Source of the DNA: Dendrobates tinctorius
Lineage: Eukaryota
DNA length: 64,000 nt
Direction: 5' to 3'
Assembly: GCF_039654945.1 (NCBI RefSeq)
Contig: NW_027361678.1
Span: 12,834,001 to 12,898,000 of the forward strand
Shown: positions 11,342 through 25,259 of the stretch, piece by piece
How the letters are laid out: every line of letters starts with the position of its first letter
Position numbering within the stretch: position 1 is the first letter of the stretch
The notes under the pieces: model-generated
Database searches by the model: none
What the model saw: only the letters and a program-made list of their open reading frames with translations
Told to the model about the DNA's origin: nothing
Position numbers and translations under genes: made by a program

Positions 11342-11799
11342 CAGGGGTCCCCAACCTGTAGCTCGGGAGCCACATGTGGCTCGCGGTCGCATGAGTTGTG
11401 GCTCGCGGCTGTCTGCCAGCTTGGTTTATTAGCTCCAGGTCTAGCAAACAGGTATGAAGAGCACATCTCAAACTGCTGAATTTTGTGAGTAGCCCTGCAC
11501 AGAAGAGCAGATCTGGATGCACATATACTGGTATTAGGGGTTTCGATTTAATTTAAGTAAGGTATGCTGGAGACAGGATGATACTACCTGTGAGAGGTGG
11601 TGCCTGAAGCTGGATGGGAGGATACTGAATGGGGGTATTGTGGGGATCACTGGATCTTGTACTGCTTCGGGGTGATTTCTGTGGAGAAGCTTTAGTTATC
11701 ATTAAACCTGTGATGGGGGGTGCAGGTGCTGGATGTGGCTCGCGACCCTCTCTCAGAGCTGAATGTGGTTCTCTAGGTCAGAAAGGTTGGGGACAACTG
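11342..11799. mobile_element. Non-autonomous hAT MITE
   Basis: TIRs CAGGGGTCCCCAACCT / AGGTTGGGGACAACTG; 8-bp TSD CTCTAATG at 11334-11341 and 11800-11807. Confidence 0.88.
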
Positions 11800-13257
11800 C
11801 TCTAATGTATGCTGTGAGATACACTATGACATTTGCACGGTGCTGACCACTTCCTAGCGTCGGCTCTCGGTGTCCCATCACACAGCTGATAGTACGAGGT
11901 TTGCCAGAGAGGCTTTATGCGACTGCGTGCCTCTCGCTGGCAAGTGCACAACTCATTCAAGAGAAGGTCCAGTGAAATGCCAAGCAGGAGGCGGATTAAT
12001 ATCCAGGATGATCTGGCATACAACACATGCCAACGTCATAGGTCTCCAGCCATGCTGCGCTGCCACGCGTGGGAGGCTGGGGCTATTGTGCAGAGCCGGT
12101 CAGCACACCTAGAAGTAGAGGAGCAGACAGGCATTGTTTGATTTCCTTGAGAAATCTGGCAGCGCGAAGGTGAAAAGAGAATATGTTCTACCATGCCAAG
12201 ACTAAAGGCTTGCCATGCCGCAGTCTGAGATTGTAACTTTTCTCTTGTGGTTTATTTTTTTACTAAGTATTTGCTGAATAAGGGAAAATGCAATTTGTAC
12301 ATAACTTGTTGCAATGGGTGGAGATGCAAGGCGTAGTTACTTTATTTCTTATGGTGTTCTCAGTAATCTCTTGGCATTCATTAATGGGCAAGATCCAGAT
12401 TGTCTCCAGGGAATGACTAAACCATAGTGAACCTGCCAGCTGTACAAGAGCTCCCCTTGGGCAGATCCGTCTGCTTTGCATTAGTGCAGAATGTGTGTGC
12501 AAAAGGGGAAAAAAACCTTTTCTGCAGAAATGTCTAAATCCCAGCTGATAAAGAGAACATGTGGCTGAGTGTCTGGGCTCGGGAACACACCGTTACCAGA
12601 GAGCCTTTGCTTTCCATTCTGTTCTAGATGGAGGTTTGAGCAATTTGTCACTTGTGCACCACATGTAATACTCCACCAAGACAAACAGCCCAAGTAATTT
12701 ATGACTTGGTCCCGATACATATTCATACATCCCCCCGAGAGGTGATACAGGTGTTTCTCTGGTACAGAAGAAATCTTTCCAGCTCTTTCTGCGGTCTCTG
12801 AAGGATCACCAGTAGCTCCGGCTTCTCATGTGTGTTCCAGTTTAGACTTTATTGGTCAGCGTTTTGGACTCTGCGGTGCGTCTGGAATTCTAGATTGCCA
12901 ACAATGTGTTTCTGGAATGTACATTATTCAACGAAAGGAAAAAAAAGTCAAAGGGACACCAGGCATAAGTAACTGGCATGTCTCCGTCAACTCACGATAG
13001 TGAAGGGTGGCTCAACCTGTGGCCGTGATCAGGCGAAAGCTACTGAAGTCAGTGAGACAGATTACTGTACGGAGCTGTGACAGCTGGAGGGGAGTGATGG
13101 GGAACGGAAAATTTGGCTTTGTTCTTTGCCTCAAACACGATTGTCTTCTAAGCGAAAAACCCAGCACTTATGGTTAGGTTCAACCAGTCTTATTACTTGT
13201 ACCAACTGCAGAAAGTAATCTTGTATTCCTGTGTCTCCCGAAACAGATGAGGCCTTA

Positions 13258-13782
13258 GGGTCTTGTTTCACATAGTGACGCACCAGCGATCCCGACAACG
13301 ATGCGACCTGGTAGGGATCACTGGTGCGTCGCTAGTAAGATGTCAAACAGGCAGATCTCTTTAACGACGCACTAGCGATCCCGACAACAATGCGACCTGG
13401 TAAGGATCCCTGGTGCGTCGCTATTAAGATGTCAAACAGGCAGATCTCTTTAACGACGCACCAGCGATCCCGACAACGATGCGACCTGGTAACGATCCCT
13501 GGTGCGTTGTCACACAGCAGCTATTCTGAAAGATTCCAGCCTGCGTCCCTGAGTTCTGCGTCGCCAACGAAATCGCTCGTCGGCGTCAAACACAGCCATG
13601 CGCTCTGGCCAGCGGGACGCCAACGATGAAAAAATGGCCCAGGACATTCGAGCACGATCAGGAATATCCAGCGGGGGGCCGGTCGCTACTATGTGGCACA
13701 CGTAGCGAGATCACAGGCGAGATCACTGTTGCGTCACAAAATCGGTGACGCGCTAGCAATCTCGCTATGTGAGACGGGGCCT
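13258..13782. mobile_element. PIF/Harbinger-like MITE with an internal ~89-bp tandem repeat
   Basis: Imperfect TIRs GGGTCTTGTTTCACATAG / CTATGTGAGACGGGGCCT, TTA on both flanks; related copies at 19681 and 55070. Confidence 0.7.
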
Positions 13783-15518
13783 TTAGAAATATTTTACAGC
13801 AATATTCTGAAAAGTTGCAGCAAATTAATTCATTATTATTTAGATCAATAAAAAAATGGATAAACAGAAAATATTTCGCATTTTTTTTATTCATGCATAA
13901 CCAGTTTCATATTCTCTCATTACATTTGGGATAATTTGTTAGCCACAGCAGGACCTTAGTTTTCTACTTAACTGACGTCAACGACTGATAGGATGGTCAG
14001 AAAAAAAATCTGATCTCTGCCTTATCGGTAAATTATCACAATATGGAGAGGAGTTATACATCCTCTCTGGGTTTGAAGCACGTACAAATAAGACATTGAT
14101 TAGAGAAACTTTTTTGTCCGGCTCCATACGCATACGGCCTGCCTCTCTATGAATAATATTTTAGCATAACCCAGAATCCATGTGTCCTCAGGGGTAAGAA
14201 GCCAAATGCAATCAGGATACAGGAAAACATTGCATAAGCAGGAAAAAATGAGCATGAAATGGTGAGTGCCAATGGCTTTGGTGTTTACGATGCCGTAAAC
14301 TTTTAAGTGCTTTTCTCACAAAAGTTTTCCAAAGCCTGTGTGAAGCGTGAGAACAGAACGTCGCTCACAAGCCAAGAAAGGAGAGTCAGATGGAAATGGT
14401 TTGGCCATGCTCTGGGGTCAGCGACCGAGCAGCTGATGGCTGAGTCACATTGGACAGAGCTCATCCACTAACCCAGGACCCGGAGAGCAGTTACATTAAG
14501 TCCTCCAATGAGCAGAGAATCAAAACTAATAGGAGTAATGTACTAGGAAGAAAACTACTAAGCGTCTGCAATTTTCATGTGGACATACCAGCAAAAATGA
14601 GACCAGCAAAGAAAATAAACAATGGTTGGGTTTGTAGTTCTGCTGTTTTACATCGCACCTGGGTTGTTGCCTCTTAACAGTCATATTATTAGGTGGTTTA
14701 CACAGGATGGATAGTGAAGTGAGAGGATTCACAATATAGATAAGACTGTGTGGAATAGTCCAATGGTCCCCACTTTAGAAAAATGGATCTGACTACAATA
14801 ACAGACAGTGAAAACAGATGTCCACAATGATGCTGTCCAAGTGCATACAGCCGCTAAACCTCAGCTGAGAACATGTGCTGCGCAGCCGGGAAACACTCCA
14901 GCCAATTCTATAGTGCAGCCCAAGCTGAAGGTCTGCACCAAGTACATGAATCACATACGTCCTATCCATTCAAAGTTGACATTTTTGTTGCTAACAGTAT
15001 GTAAGAGAGAGTGTACAATGGAAGATGAGATTCCCCAGTGGTGTGCACCATTTGTGATCAGAGACTGACGCCTACTGCTCAAGCGGAACTAGAAGAAAGA
15101 AGACGTGTTGCAGGAAGGAAGGGTCTCCGGGAACTGTCCAACTTGGGAAAGAAATCGGAGGAGGGGTCTGTTAAACTAACGCGCCCCATGGTCAAGGAGC
15201 ACAATGTGGGGCTTTGCACCCCTGAAAGAGGGTATGAAGACTCTGAAGATATAGTTTCTTAAAGACATACTACCTGGGTCAAGTTCAATGGGCAACACAT
15301 CCACTGTTTAATGGACACCGGGTCCCAGGTGACCACTTCCCAGACTTAGCCCACTGCACAAAAGAACCAACCATCCCACTAGTGGCTGCCAAACAGCTGC
15401 TCATTCCTGTGGCTGGAGTAGTGTGAATATCCAAACAAGTGTGCGGGAAAGATCTGAACAAGAAGGGGTTCGTATTAGTGTGAGGCACCTCAAGGGGGGG
15501 GAGGGAGGGAGGGGGGGG

Positions 15519-16304
15519 CCCATTGTGACCCTGGAAATGAATATCTTGAAAGAAGTTTGGCAATTCCTGGCTGATGGATGACACAATGCAAGCAAGAGAG
15601 TGTTATCAGCTTGTATGAGTCAGGTAGATTCAGAGGTTGCCAGACGCCTCCCAGTGCCTCGGCAAAGTAGTAGTACACCAGGATGCTACTGTGACCTTCC
15701 TTTCCAGTGGGGCAGACTGTACTCACCATGCCAGTACAGGCCCATGTGCCAGTGGAACAAGTAGAAGTACATATTGAAGTACCCATTGTGACCCTGGAAA
15801 TGAATATCTTGAAAGAAGTTTGGCAATTCCTGGCTGATGGATGACACAATGCAAGCAAGAGAGTGTTATCAGCTTGTATGAGTCAGGTAGATTCAGAGGT
15901 TGCCAGACGCCTCCCAGTGCCTCGGCAAAGTAGTAGTACACCAGGATGCTACTGTGACCTTCCTTTCCAGTGGGGCAGACTGTACTCACCATGCCAGTAC
16001 AGGCCCATGTGCCAGTGGAACAAGTAGAAGTACATATTGAAGTACCCATTGTGACCCTGGAAATGAATATCTTGAAAGAAGTTTGGCAATTCCTGGCTGA
16101 TGGATGACACAATGCAAGCAAGAGAGTGTTATCAGCTTGTATGAGTCAGGTAGATTCAGAGGTTGCCAGACGCCTCCCAGTGCCTCGGCAAAGTAGTAGT
16201 ACACCAGGATGCTACTGTGACCTTCCTTTCCAGTGGGGCAGACTGTACTCACCATGCCAGTACAGACCCATGTGCCAGTGGAACAAGTAGAAGTACATAT
16301 TGAA
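15519..16304. repeat. 263-bp tandem triplication inside the Gypsy relic
   Basis: Units start at 15519, 15782 and 16045; essentially identical. Confidence 0.92.
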
Positions 16305-16575
16305 CCAACAGACGGATTGCTGGTTATCGGGAGCCTAGCCGCCGTGCGTCGAAAATGCGCACCTGTGCACTGTATCAACTTAAGTGGAACAAGATTACAG
16401 TTAACTCCCTTGAAGGAAATGTGTGAAGTGCACGTAATCACAAAAGATCTCATAAGGTCTGATGCCATAGAACTGACTCGTGTGAAAGGTGACCCATGGA
16501 CTCTGTCAGTATCTTTTCAACACCAAGGAGAGTAAGGGTGAAGTTCAAACCGGCCACAATCTCTTGGAGCAGATA

Positions 16576-16812
16576 ATAACAATAATCTTTATTTTTATAT
16601 AGCGCTAACATATTCCGCAGTGCTTTACAGTTTGCACACATTACCATCGCTGTCCCCGATGGGGCTCACAATCTAAATTCCCTATCAGTATGTCTTTGGA
16701 ATGTGGGAGGAAACCGGAGTACCCGGAGGAAACCCACGCAAACACAGATGTTGTCCTTGGTGGGATTCGAAGCCAGGACTCCAGCGCTAACCACTGAGCC
16801 ACCGTGCCGCCC
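16576..16812 (-). mobile_element. tRNA-derived V-SINE with an L2-like tail
   Basis: Minus strand begins GGGCGGCACGGTGGCTCAGTGG (A box), then GCTTCGAATCC (B box) and the V-domain GCGTGGGTTTCCTCCGGGTACTCCGGTTTCCTCCCACA; AT-rich tail; AGATA on both flanks. Confidence 0.8.
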
Positions 16813-18028
16813 AGATAGAAGCAAATCGGACAGAGTTCACCCCCTGATAAGTGGGGCAGGTAGAAGACCTACTATGGCTGTACCAATGGTTGTTCATTTA
16901 ACATAACTACTCTGGGTGCACTAAAGCCATTCAACAAGAGATCCCTATGGGAACTATAGCCCCCATCCGAGAAAGGTAACAGCAGATCCCACCTCAAATG
17001 TAACAGAAAGTGAAGGATTTGCTATCACATATGCTGCAAAATTGAGTGATATGGGAGAGTTAAAATCATTGGGCTGCACCCATTGCAATGATTCGGAAGA
17101 AGGATGGGATATTGAGATTCAACGTGGACTAGTGATGACTGAATGCTTGCACCGTACGAGAATCTTACCCACTGCCAAAGATAGAAGAATTTCTGAACAC
17201 CTTGGGCAAGGCCAAATACTTCTCGTCCCTTCATTTGGCCAGTGGCTTTTGGCAGGTCCCCCGTAACTGCTAAGGACCGACCAAACACTGGCCTTCATCT
17301 TTTCTATGGAGCTATTAGAGTTCAACCGGATGCTGTTCTTGTTAACTAATGCACCAGAAACGTTTCAACACCTGATGGAAAGGTGCCTCGGAGACCTGAA
17401 CTTTGAAGCAACCTGATATATCTTGATGATATTTACCCTGCCACCTTCGAAGAACATCTTGTTAGGTTGAAACAACTCCAGAGGCATGGGCTGAAGATCA
17501 AGTCTCGGAAGTGCCACTTGGGACAAACTCTCCATCGCGGGGGTCTATCCCACCATGGAGAAAAGTAGCTGCTGTACAAAAATGGCATACACCTATGACA
17601 CTAACAGAGCTGAGAACGTTTCCTGTGGCTGGTACTACTGAAGGCTCTTCAAGAAGTCCAAAACTGTGGCACCGTTACTTGAGTTGTTAAGAGGAACAGA
17701 GTTAGGGACCAAGCAACAGCTGATCTGATGGGGTCCCAGGCAAGAGGAAGCTTTCAGGGCACTGAAGCTGGCCCTGACCAATGCCCCCATTTTGGCATAC
17801 GCCAATTTCTCCCAGCCCTTCGTATAGTACTCCACTGGAAACCTGTGCATGTTAGGGGTAGTGTTGGCTCAGGTGCACGAATAGAGCGAAAGAATGATCG
17901 CCTGTGCCAGTCGTTCGCTGAAGGACCCGAAAAGAAACATAATACATAATTACAGCTCATTCAAGTTGAAATTGGTGGTGCTGGTGTGGGTTAAGACTGA
18001 CAAATTTGTGGAGTACCTGTTGGGACCA

Positions 18029-18177
18029 TGAGACCATTAATAAGATATTTTAGTCGAAATGCGTCGGTTTATGCTCAAGGGTATCAGTGGTATGCCTGTC
18101 TATCTGTTTTTTAATAAAAAGACTTACAATAAAGGTGAAGTTTTGTCCTTAGTCAGCACTGGAGATGACTTTTTACT
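18029..18177 (+). mobile_element. Short Penelope-like (pLTR) insert with a degenerate hammerhead remnant
   Basis: Flanked by near-direct repeats CTGTTGGGACCA / CTGTTGGGATCA; contains TGA-GAC..GTC-GAAATGCGTC and AATAAA. Confidence 0.4.
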
Positions 18178-18224
18178 CTGTTGGGATCAGAAGTAAATGT
18201 ACGAAAGGATAACAATCAACAAGT

Positions 18225-20590
18225 TATTCTTATTTATTTATATAGCACCATTAATTCCATGGTGCTGTATATGAGAAGCGGTTACATACAAAGTTATAGA
18301 TATCGTTTACAGTAAACAAATTTACGATGACAGACTGGTACAGAGGGGATAGGACTCTGCCCTTGCGTGCTTATATTCTACAGGATAATGGGGAAGAGAC
18401 AGAAGGTCGGGGGTGCAGCAGCTCTGGTGGTAGAGAGGCGGCGGCTCGGGTGGTGGTGAGGTGGCAGAATGGTTATTGCAAGCTGTAAGTTTTCCTGAAG
18501 AGATGGGTTTTCAGGTTCCGTCTGAAGGATCCGAGGGTGGTGGATAATCGGACGTGTTGAGGTGTGGAATTCCAGAGGATGGGGGATATTCGGGAGAAGT
18601 CTTGGAGGCGGTTGTGTGAGGAACGAATAAGTGTGGAGCAGAGTAGGAGGACTTGGGAGGATTGACGATTACGTGAGGGAAGATATTGGGAGATTAATTC
18701 AGAGATATAGGGAGGGGACAGGTTGTGGATGGCTTTGTAGGTCAGTGTTAGTAGTTTAACCTGTATTCGTTGAGGAATTGGGAGCCAGTGGAGAGATTTG
18801 CAGAGGGGAGAAACAGGGAGTAGCAAGGAGAGAGGTGGATTAGTCGGGCAGCAGAGGTGAGGACAGGCTGTAGTGGTGCAAGAGAGTTAGCAGGGAGGCC
18901 ACAGAGGAGGGTGTTACAGTAATCAAAGCGGGAGATGATGAGGGCATGCACAAGAGTTTTAGTAGATTGAGGGGTGAGAAAGGGACGGATTCTGGAAATA
19001 TTTTTGAGTTGGAAGCGACAGGAGGTAGCAAGAGTTTGGACATGCAGTTCAGTTTGAAGGACAGGTCAGAGTCGAGAGTTACTCCGAGGAAGCGGATTTC
19101 AGTTGCGGGAGAGAACGTGATGCCGTTTACCATAATAGATAGGTCTGGTAGGGGAGATACGCAAGATGGAGGAAAGATGATGAGTTCGGGTTTGTCTACA
19201 TTGAGTTTTAGAAAGCGAGAGGTGAAGAAGGAGGATATGGCTGATAGACACTCTGGGATTCTGGACAGCAGAGAGGTGACATCTGGGCCAGAGAGGTAGA
19301 TCTGAGTGTCGTCCGCATTCAGGTGGTACTGGAAGCCATGGGACTTTGAGTTGTCCTAGGCCAAGGGTATAGATGGAAAAAAGTAGGAGCCTCAGGACAG
19401 AGCCTTAAGGGACTCCAACAGAGAGAGAGCGGGATGAGGAAGTGGTGTGGGAAACGCTAAATGTGCGGTCAGAAAGGTATGAGGCAATCTAGGACAGGGC
19501 AAGGTCTTTGATGCCAAGGGAAGAAAGAATCTGTAACAGTAGGCAGTGGTCGACTGTGTCGAAGGCAGAGGACAGGTCGAGAAGGAGGAGGATGGAGAAC
19601 TGTCTGTTAGCTTTGGCTGTGAGTAAGTCAGTAAGTGGTGGGGGCAAAAGTCAGATTGGAGATTGTCAAGGAGAGAGTTAGTGTCCCGTTACATTTAGCG
19701 ATGCATCGGCAATCCCAACAACAATACGACCCAGTCAGGATCGCTGGTGCATCACTAAATGGTCGCTAGTAAGCTGCCAAGCAGGCAGATCTCACCAGCG
19801 ACGCAGCAACGATCCAGCGATGCTCAGCAGTCGCTCTTACCTGTCACACCGCAGCCATGATGATGACTTCCGGCTGCGTCCATGCGTCGCTAGTAGGCGC
19901 CAGCGTGACGTCAATGAGGAGAAAATGGCCCAGGACGTTCCAGCGCGATCAGCGATATCCAGCAGGGGGGCCGGTCACAGGTACGTGTCACATGTAGCGA
20001 GATTGCTAGCGATATCACTGTTGCGTCACAAAATCGGTGACGCTTTAGCGATATCGCTATGTGTAAAAGGCCCTTTAGATGAGAGGTGGGAGGAGAGTTG
20101 AGCATGGACATGCTGCTCAAGGAGTTTGGAAGCAAACGGGAGCAGTGATATGGAGCAATAGCTGGGCATAGCAGTTGGGTCAAGGTTAGTTTTTTTTTGA
20201 GGATGGTTGTGATGGTGGCATGTTTGAAGGCAGAGGGAAAGGTACCAGAAGAGAGCGATAGGTTGAAGAGATGGGTTAGGGCTGGAATGAGCGTGTTAGT
20301 GAGGTTGGGGAGCAGGTGAGAAGGAATGGGGTCAAGTGCACAGGTGGTAAGGTGTGATTTGGAAAGGAGGTGAGTAAGCTCTCCTTCAGTGATGTTGACG
20401 AGGGAGGTTATTAGGGAAGGGCAGAGGTCTGGTATATGGAGTGGTTGGGGTGGTGGAACAGTAAAGGTTTGCCTTGTTTGGTCGATCTTATTTTTGAAGT
20501 AGGTGGCAAAGTCCTCGGCAGAGATGAGGGAGTTGGAGGTGGCAGTGATGGGCGGAGGAGAGAGTTGAATGTGTTGAACAGTTGTTTTGG
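18225..20590 (-). mobile_element. 5'-truncated L2-clade LINE (reverse transcriptase fragments)
   Basis: Minus-strand fragments TTCALDPIPS, GTFPSAFKHA, LDLSSAFDTVDH, GVP.GS.L, FLGVTLDSDLSF, SRFDYCN, SLHWLPIPQRI; 3' stem-loop CAGCACCATGGAATTAATGGTGCT plus TAAA repeats. Confidence 0.85.
19681..20074. mobile_element. PIF/Harbinger-like MITE nested in the L2 element
   Basis: TTA TSD at 19678-19680 and 20075-20077; similar to the 13258-13782 element; removing it rejoins the L2 sequence. Confidence 0.75.
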
Positions 20591-21594
20591 GTTGTAGGAT
20601 AATAAAGATACAAGTTGGGCTCATTGGAACAGAGGTGGGTTGCAAGAATGTCCAAATACTTGTAGTAGATCTCGTCGGTCAAAGTCTGAGAACACGTATG
20701 CAGACGCCTTGTCACGGGTGACTCAGGAGGGCCTGAGGAAGGATGCAGATAGGGAGCTGCAGAGTGACGGAATCCCAGACTGCAAGCATTTGTGGCAGCC
20801 GTAGTAGCCCCCCAAGAAGCAGGGGTGGAGCCCAAACTCACTCAGATCACGGGCTGCCTGAATTGGCGGAATTACGTAAATGGGTTGCTCTAAGATAGAA
20901 GCCCAAGAGGGAGAAAAGAATGGGTTTGTCTGCAAGTGCTTTGCAGATCCTGGGGCAATGGGAAAGACTTTTCATGAAAAATGGTTTGCTGTACTGAACA
21001 TTTCAGCTAACTCGAGTGTTTGGCATCACCTAGCAAGTAGTGATCCCAGAGAGGATTGCGGGAAAAACTGGCCAAGGAATCCCACGAGAAAGGTGCCCAC
21101 TTTGGTACTGAAAAGTCCTTCCGGTGGCTGAAACATCTGGTGTATTGGCCTCAACTACGTCAAATGGTGGGAGAGGCCTGCCAACGGTGTTAGTTGGCCA
21201 CATCTCCAAAACATAGAGCCCTTACCAAAGTAATCCAGACCTCCGCACACCTGGAAGTTTTAATGGTCAACTATCTGATGACCGGGACATCTCCTAATGG
21301 TTACAAATATTGTCTGGTGATGACTGATCATTTCACTACGTTACCAGTGGTGACTTCAATGAGGGACCAGACAGCTGAGACTGCGGCCAAGGCCATATCT
21401 TGGGACTTCATTCGCGCGTATGGGTTCTGAAGAGAATACATTTGGACAAGGGGCCAGCTTCCAAGGGATGGTAATGGAAGAATTACACCACCTATTTGGT
21501 GTTAAGTCTTGGATGACACCATACCACCCGCAAGGGAATGGAGCCTGTGTGCACTTCAGCTGAACGCTGCTTCCTAAGCTGATGTACGATAGAG

Positions 21595-21753
21595 CAGGGT
21601 TCCCCAACTCCAGTCCTCAAGGCCCACCAACAGGTCATGTTTTCAGGATTTCCTTAGTATTGCCCAGGTGATAATTGCATCACCTGTACTTATTGTAAAT
21701 CCTGAAAACATGACCTGTTGGTGGGCCTTGAGGACTGGAGTTGGGGAACCCTG
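21595..21753. mobile_element. 159-bp palindromic hAT MITE
   Basis: ~60-bp near-perfect TIRs beginning CAGGGTTCCCCAACTCC; 8-bp TSD CGATAGAG. Confidence 0.92.
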
Positions 21754-22878
21754 CGATAGAGGTTTCGATCTGGGGCGGTGCAGCAGATGGGATGGAGGCC
21801 AGCCTGTGTTAGGAAGGCCCAGAAAGCTTGAATTGATTTTGTCATCTTCCCATGTGGTCAGTGGAATTAATTTTACCACGGAACAGATTCTCTATTTAGA
21901 CTTCTTTAACTCTTTTCCTGGAGCCCAATTTATCCACTTAACATCACCCATTAGGACACAATCCATCCAGCAATGGTGTCCTCATGTGGTTTATGTCCCT
22001 TGGGACTGAGCTAGACCACCATCTTGCTTCCTAGATCTTTATGTAGATTCTGAATAATACAAAGAACATTTCTGCGAGCCAGAAGATGACATTCAGCCTT
22101 ATTTTTTTAATTTTGTATTCTCATAGATGGATAGTAATTTGAGTCTACAGTATTTCTGATAACTCTTTATTACTCCGTATTCTAGGCAAGCTATGTAAGA
22201 CAGGCCAAATTAATTGTACATCTTACATGGGCAAAAAAGATAGTCTTGATATAGAATTTTCGATTACAAAAATGGTAGTAAGAGCTCAAATCTGCATATC
22301 AATTCAGCTGTGGTGCGTTTTTGTCTATTTTTTTCCGCACGTATTAATGACAAAACCTGATGTCGTGGAGTATTTTTGACTTGCAGATTTGGTGCAGAAA
22401 GTAATCTGCAGCGTCAATTCTCTGTGAATTTTGCCAGAGGTTTTCACCATTCACTTCACTCAAATACGCACTAAAAACAGGTGTTTTTGCAGCTGCTTTT
22501 TTCCTGCCAATAAATGCAGAAATTACACTCAATGTCTGCACATACCCTTTGAGTTGACGATGATGAGCCTCTCTCCAGCGTCACTAAAGATATATAATTC
22601 TTATTAGACACTTCTCACCACCAAGCTCCAGGAACCACGGCTCTTGGCTGAAGAGATGATGACTTGAAGTATGGATTTTCCACTCTTGGTGTCATACAAG
22701 GTATTACTAATTATGGGGGATCCTGTCTCCCTGTCCTCTCATCAGGAATAATGCTCAGCCTGGACTTCTCCATGTTATCCTGTCCCATGTATTGTTAGGC
22801 CACATTACCTACTGACTATAGTCTACGCTGGATGATACGTTTGGTACATCTTTAGTTATTGGTCTCTTGACCGACTTA

Positions 22879-23225
22879 GGCTATGTGCACACGCTGCGGT
22901 TTTTGCTGCGGTTCCACTGCGGTTTTGGCCCTGCGGAACTGCAGCAGTTCCGCAGACATGGTGCAGTAACATGTAACCCTATGGGTTTTCAAAACCGCAG
23001 TGCTCACGCTGCGGTGTTTTCTGCGCGGTTTTGCTGTGGGTTTTTTTTCCGCAGCATGTCAATTGTTTCTGCGGATTCCGCTGCGGTTTCACACCTTTAA
23101 CATAGTAGAGGTGTGAAACTGCAGGGCAAAACCGCAGGCCAAACCGCAGCAAAACCGCAGGTCACTTTACCTGCGGTTCCGCGGGAAAAAACCCGCAGGT
23201 GAATCTGCAGCGTGTGCACATTGCC
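22879..23225. mobile_element. PIF/Harbinger-like MITE rich in TGCGG/CCGCA repeats
   Basis: TIRs GGCTATGTGCACACGCTGC / GCAGCGTGTGCACATTGCC; TTA TSD. Confidence 0.8.
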
Positions 23226-25259
23226 TTACTTTTGGACTTTTTAAATACCTAATATTTCATGACCGTTACCATAGCTTTTTCTGGTCATGAACCATTCCGG
23301 TAAATTCAGTTTCTCTTTTCGAATACAGCATAAACCCTGTACTAAACACATAATAAATAGGACTAGATGTGACTATTTGCTTCAATATTTGGTGCAGGTT
23401 TCCAGCAAAGTCAATATGCAATCAAAGCAGTAAAACAGCAGCAATGTCCAAGTGTTACCGACTAGTGGGAAAAATCCAACACAGACCATGAAGTAGGAAT
23501 AATTGTGGAGCGACAGATATGTGTGGTGGCACTGACAGATCAGAGCTCTGCCCACCAGGGACATGGCAACGGGATCGGAGCACTCGTTCCCCGCACGCTG
23601 ACCTTGTGCTGGAGTTTGCCTGGGAGACGCCAGGTGCACAGACAGATTTAGGGGCTTGTCCCTCCCAGTAATGATGTGAATTTACTAGCTGATATTTCTG
23701 GCTTGATTTCAGTAATAAATATTAACCGATTGTATGACAGCGGCTTTCCTGTCACACTGAGCCCTTCCATCCATTCTTGCATCAAGGCTGGAACCCTAAT
23801 GACTTGTCGTGTGGAGCAGAGTTCTCTCCAGCTTTCTTTATGTTTAGTAGGTGGTAATGAAGTATGTCCGGCCGCTGCAGGCTCCAGTGATATTTACAGC
23901 TCGAACACGATTTCACACTTTAATTCTGCATATAATAAGTAACCTCACTACGTTTACTTGCGGTGCTCTGCTCACATGTCCAGCTGCATTCTCAATTCTA
24001 CCAGTTGTCATTTCAGACAATGCATCTTCATTTTTGCTCAAATTCTCTCTCTGCTTAGTTGTGATCTTCTTGTTCTGGAGCTAGGTTCCTGGTGGGCTAG
24101 GTCCCTGGTGGGCTAGGTTTTCTTCCTATGTCCCTCAGTCCCGACTGCTTCCTCTTCTTTGGGTCTAATTGTACAGTGATCTCTTATAGCTTCACATAAT
24201 TGCTTGTAGGGAGAACTTTGCCATCCGCATCTGGAAGTGCAGCAGGGGATGTATGGCTTCATATACAGTCGGCACTGTACATGAAGGGTTTGTACCAGTG
24301 CAAATCAACGCTAAGTGTTTTAAGATCTAGACCGGATCTTAAAGTTCATGCTTTCATACATGCAAATTATTATGTTTGTATCCCATTCACATGCTGCAGG
24401 AAACAAATAAATCAGTGCTGGTTTTATGCTGCAGATTTGTGACTGCAGCCGACCTATCGCAATCCATACAGTCTTCTTATGGGTCTTGGGATGTCACTAG
24501 ACTGAACATATTGGAGGCAGATGGTGCAAACTTACAAACATACACAGGAGCGTTGTCAAGTGAATCAGAAAACAGGACCCAATCAGTGCCACCCGCGCTT
24601 TATGACTTTGTAAAAAGCAGAAGCTGAAGAAATTCCCAACCTGTTCTGCAATCATTTAAACTCTGGCTCTTGTAAATTGATGATTGAAGGGTCAGTTCCC
24701 TGCATTTAACCCCTTAATGCCATATGACTGGTATAGTACGTCATGAGAAGGTGGCAGTTCTCTTCATTTAAGTCAAGTGATTTAAGTGATTAAAAACTAA
24801 AATGTAAACCGTGAAATAAACATCTGCTGACATAGTCCAGACAGGAAGATGCAAAAGCACATAGAGTTCTCTGTAGGTACCCACTAGCCTCGTATATCGT
24901 CTATAGGTGGATGATGAAGGTAGCGTGTGCTGCACAGAGGGCCCCCATAACGCCTGGTGCATCGTCCTACAGGCGGATGATGGGGGCAGTGTGTGCTGCA
25001 TAGAGGGCCCCGTAACATCTGTCACTCTGACTCATCTACCTACATGTGGCAACCAGTAGTGTAAAACATTAATAACGTTCTGCAATGACGAGATTTCTGG
25101 CCTCAGCCATAATACACAGAATTGTATCAGCACAGTTGGAGCCAATTAGAGACCACATATCCACGTCCACAGCTAATAATAAGACTATTGTGGAAAGAAA
25201 TGGCTCCAATTACTGTTGATACAGAACACAGACACAGGCAGGGGAGATTTAATAGATGT

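Larger units (their letters stand above)
15060..21580 (+). mobile_element. Heavily degraded Ty3/Gypsy pol relic, interrupted by a SINE, an L2 LINE and other inserts
   Basis: Protease MDTGSQVT (~15311), RT YLDDI (~17420), RNase H CASRSL..NYSSFKL (~17900-17970), integrase DHFT and TPYHPQGNG (~21320-21545); many stops and frameshifts; boundaries approximate. Confidence 0.75.

Noticed and set aside
13973-13980. Second TGACGTCA in the intron (another lies at ~19906 inside a MITE)
   Set aside because: An isolated 8-mer with no supporting context; could be chance
16760-16812. tRNA gene
   Set aside because: A and B boxes belong to a SINE head with an internal deletion; no cloverleaf
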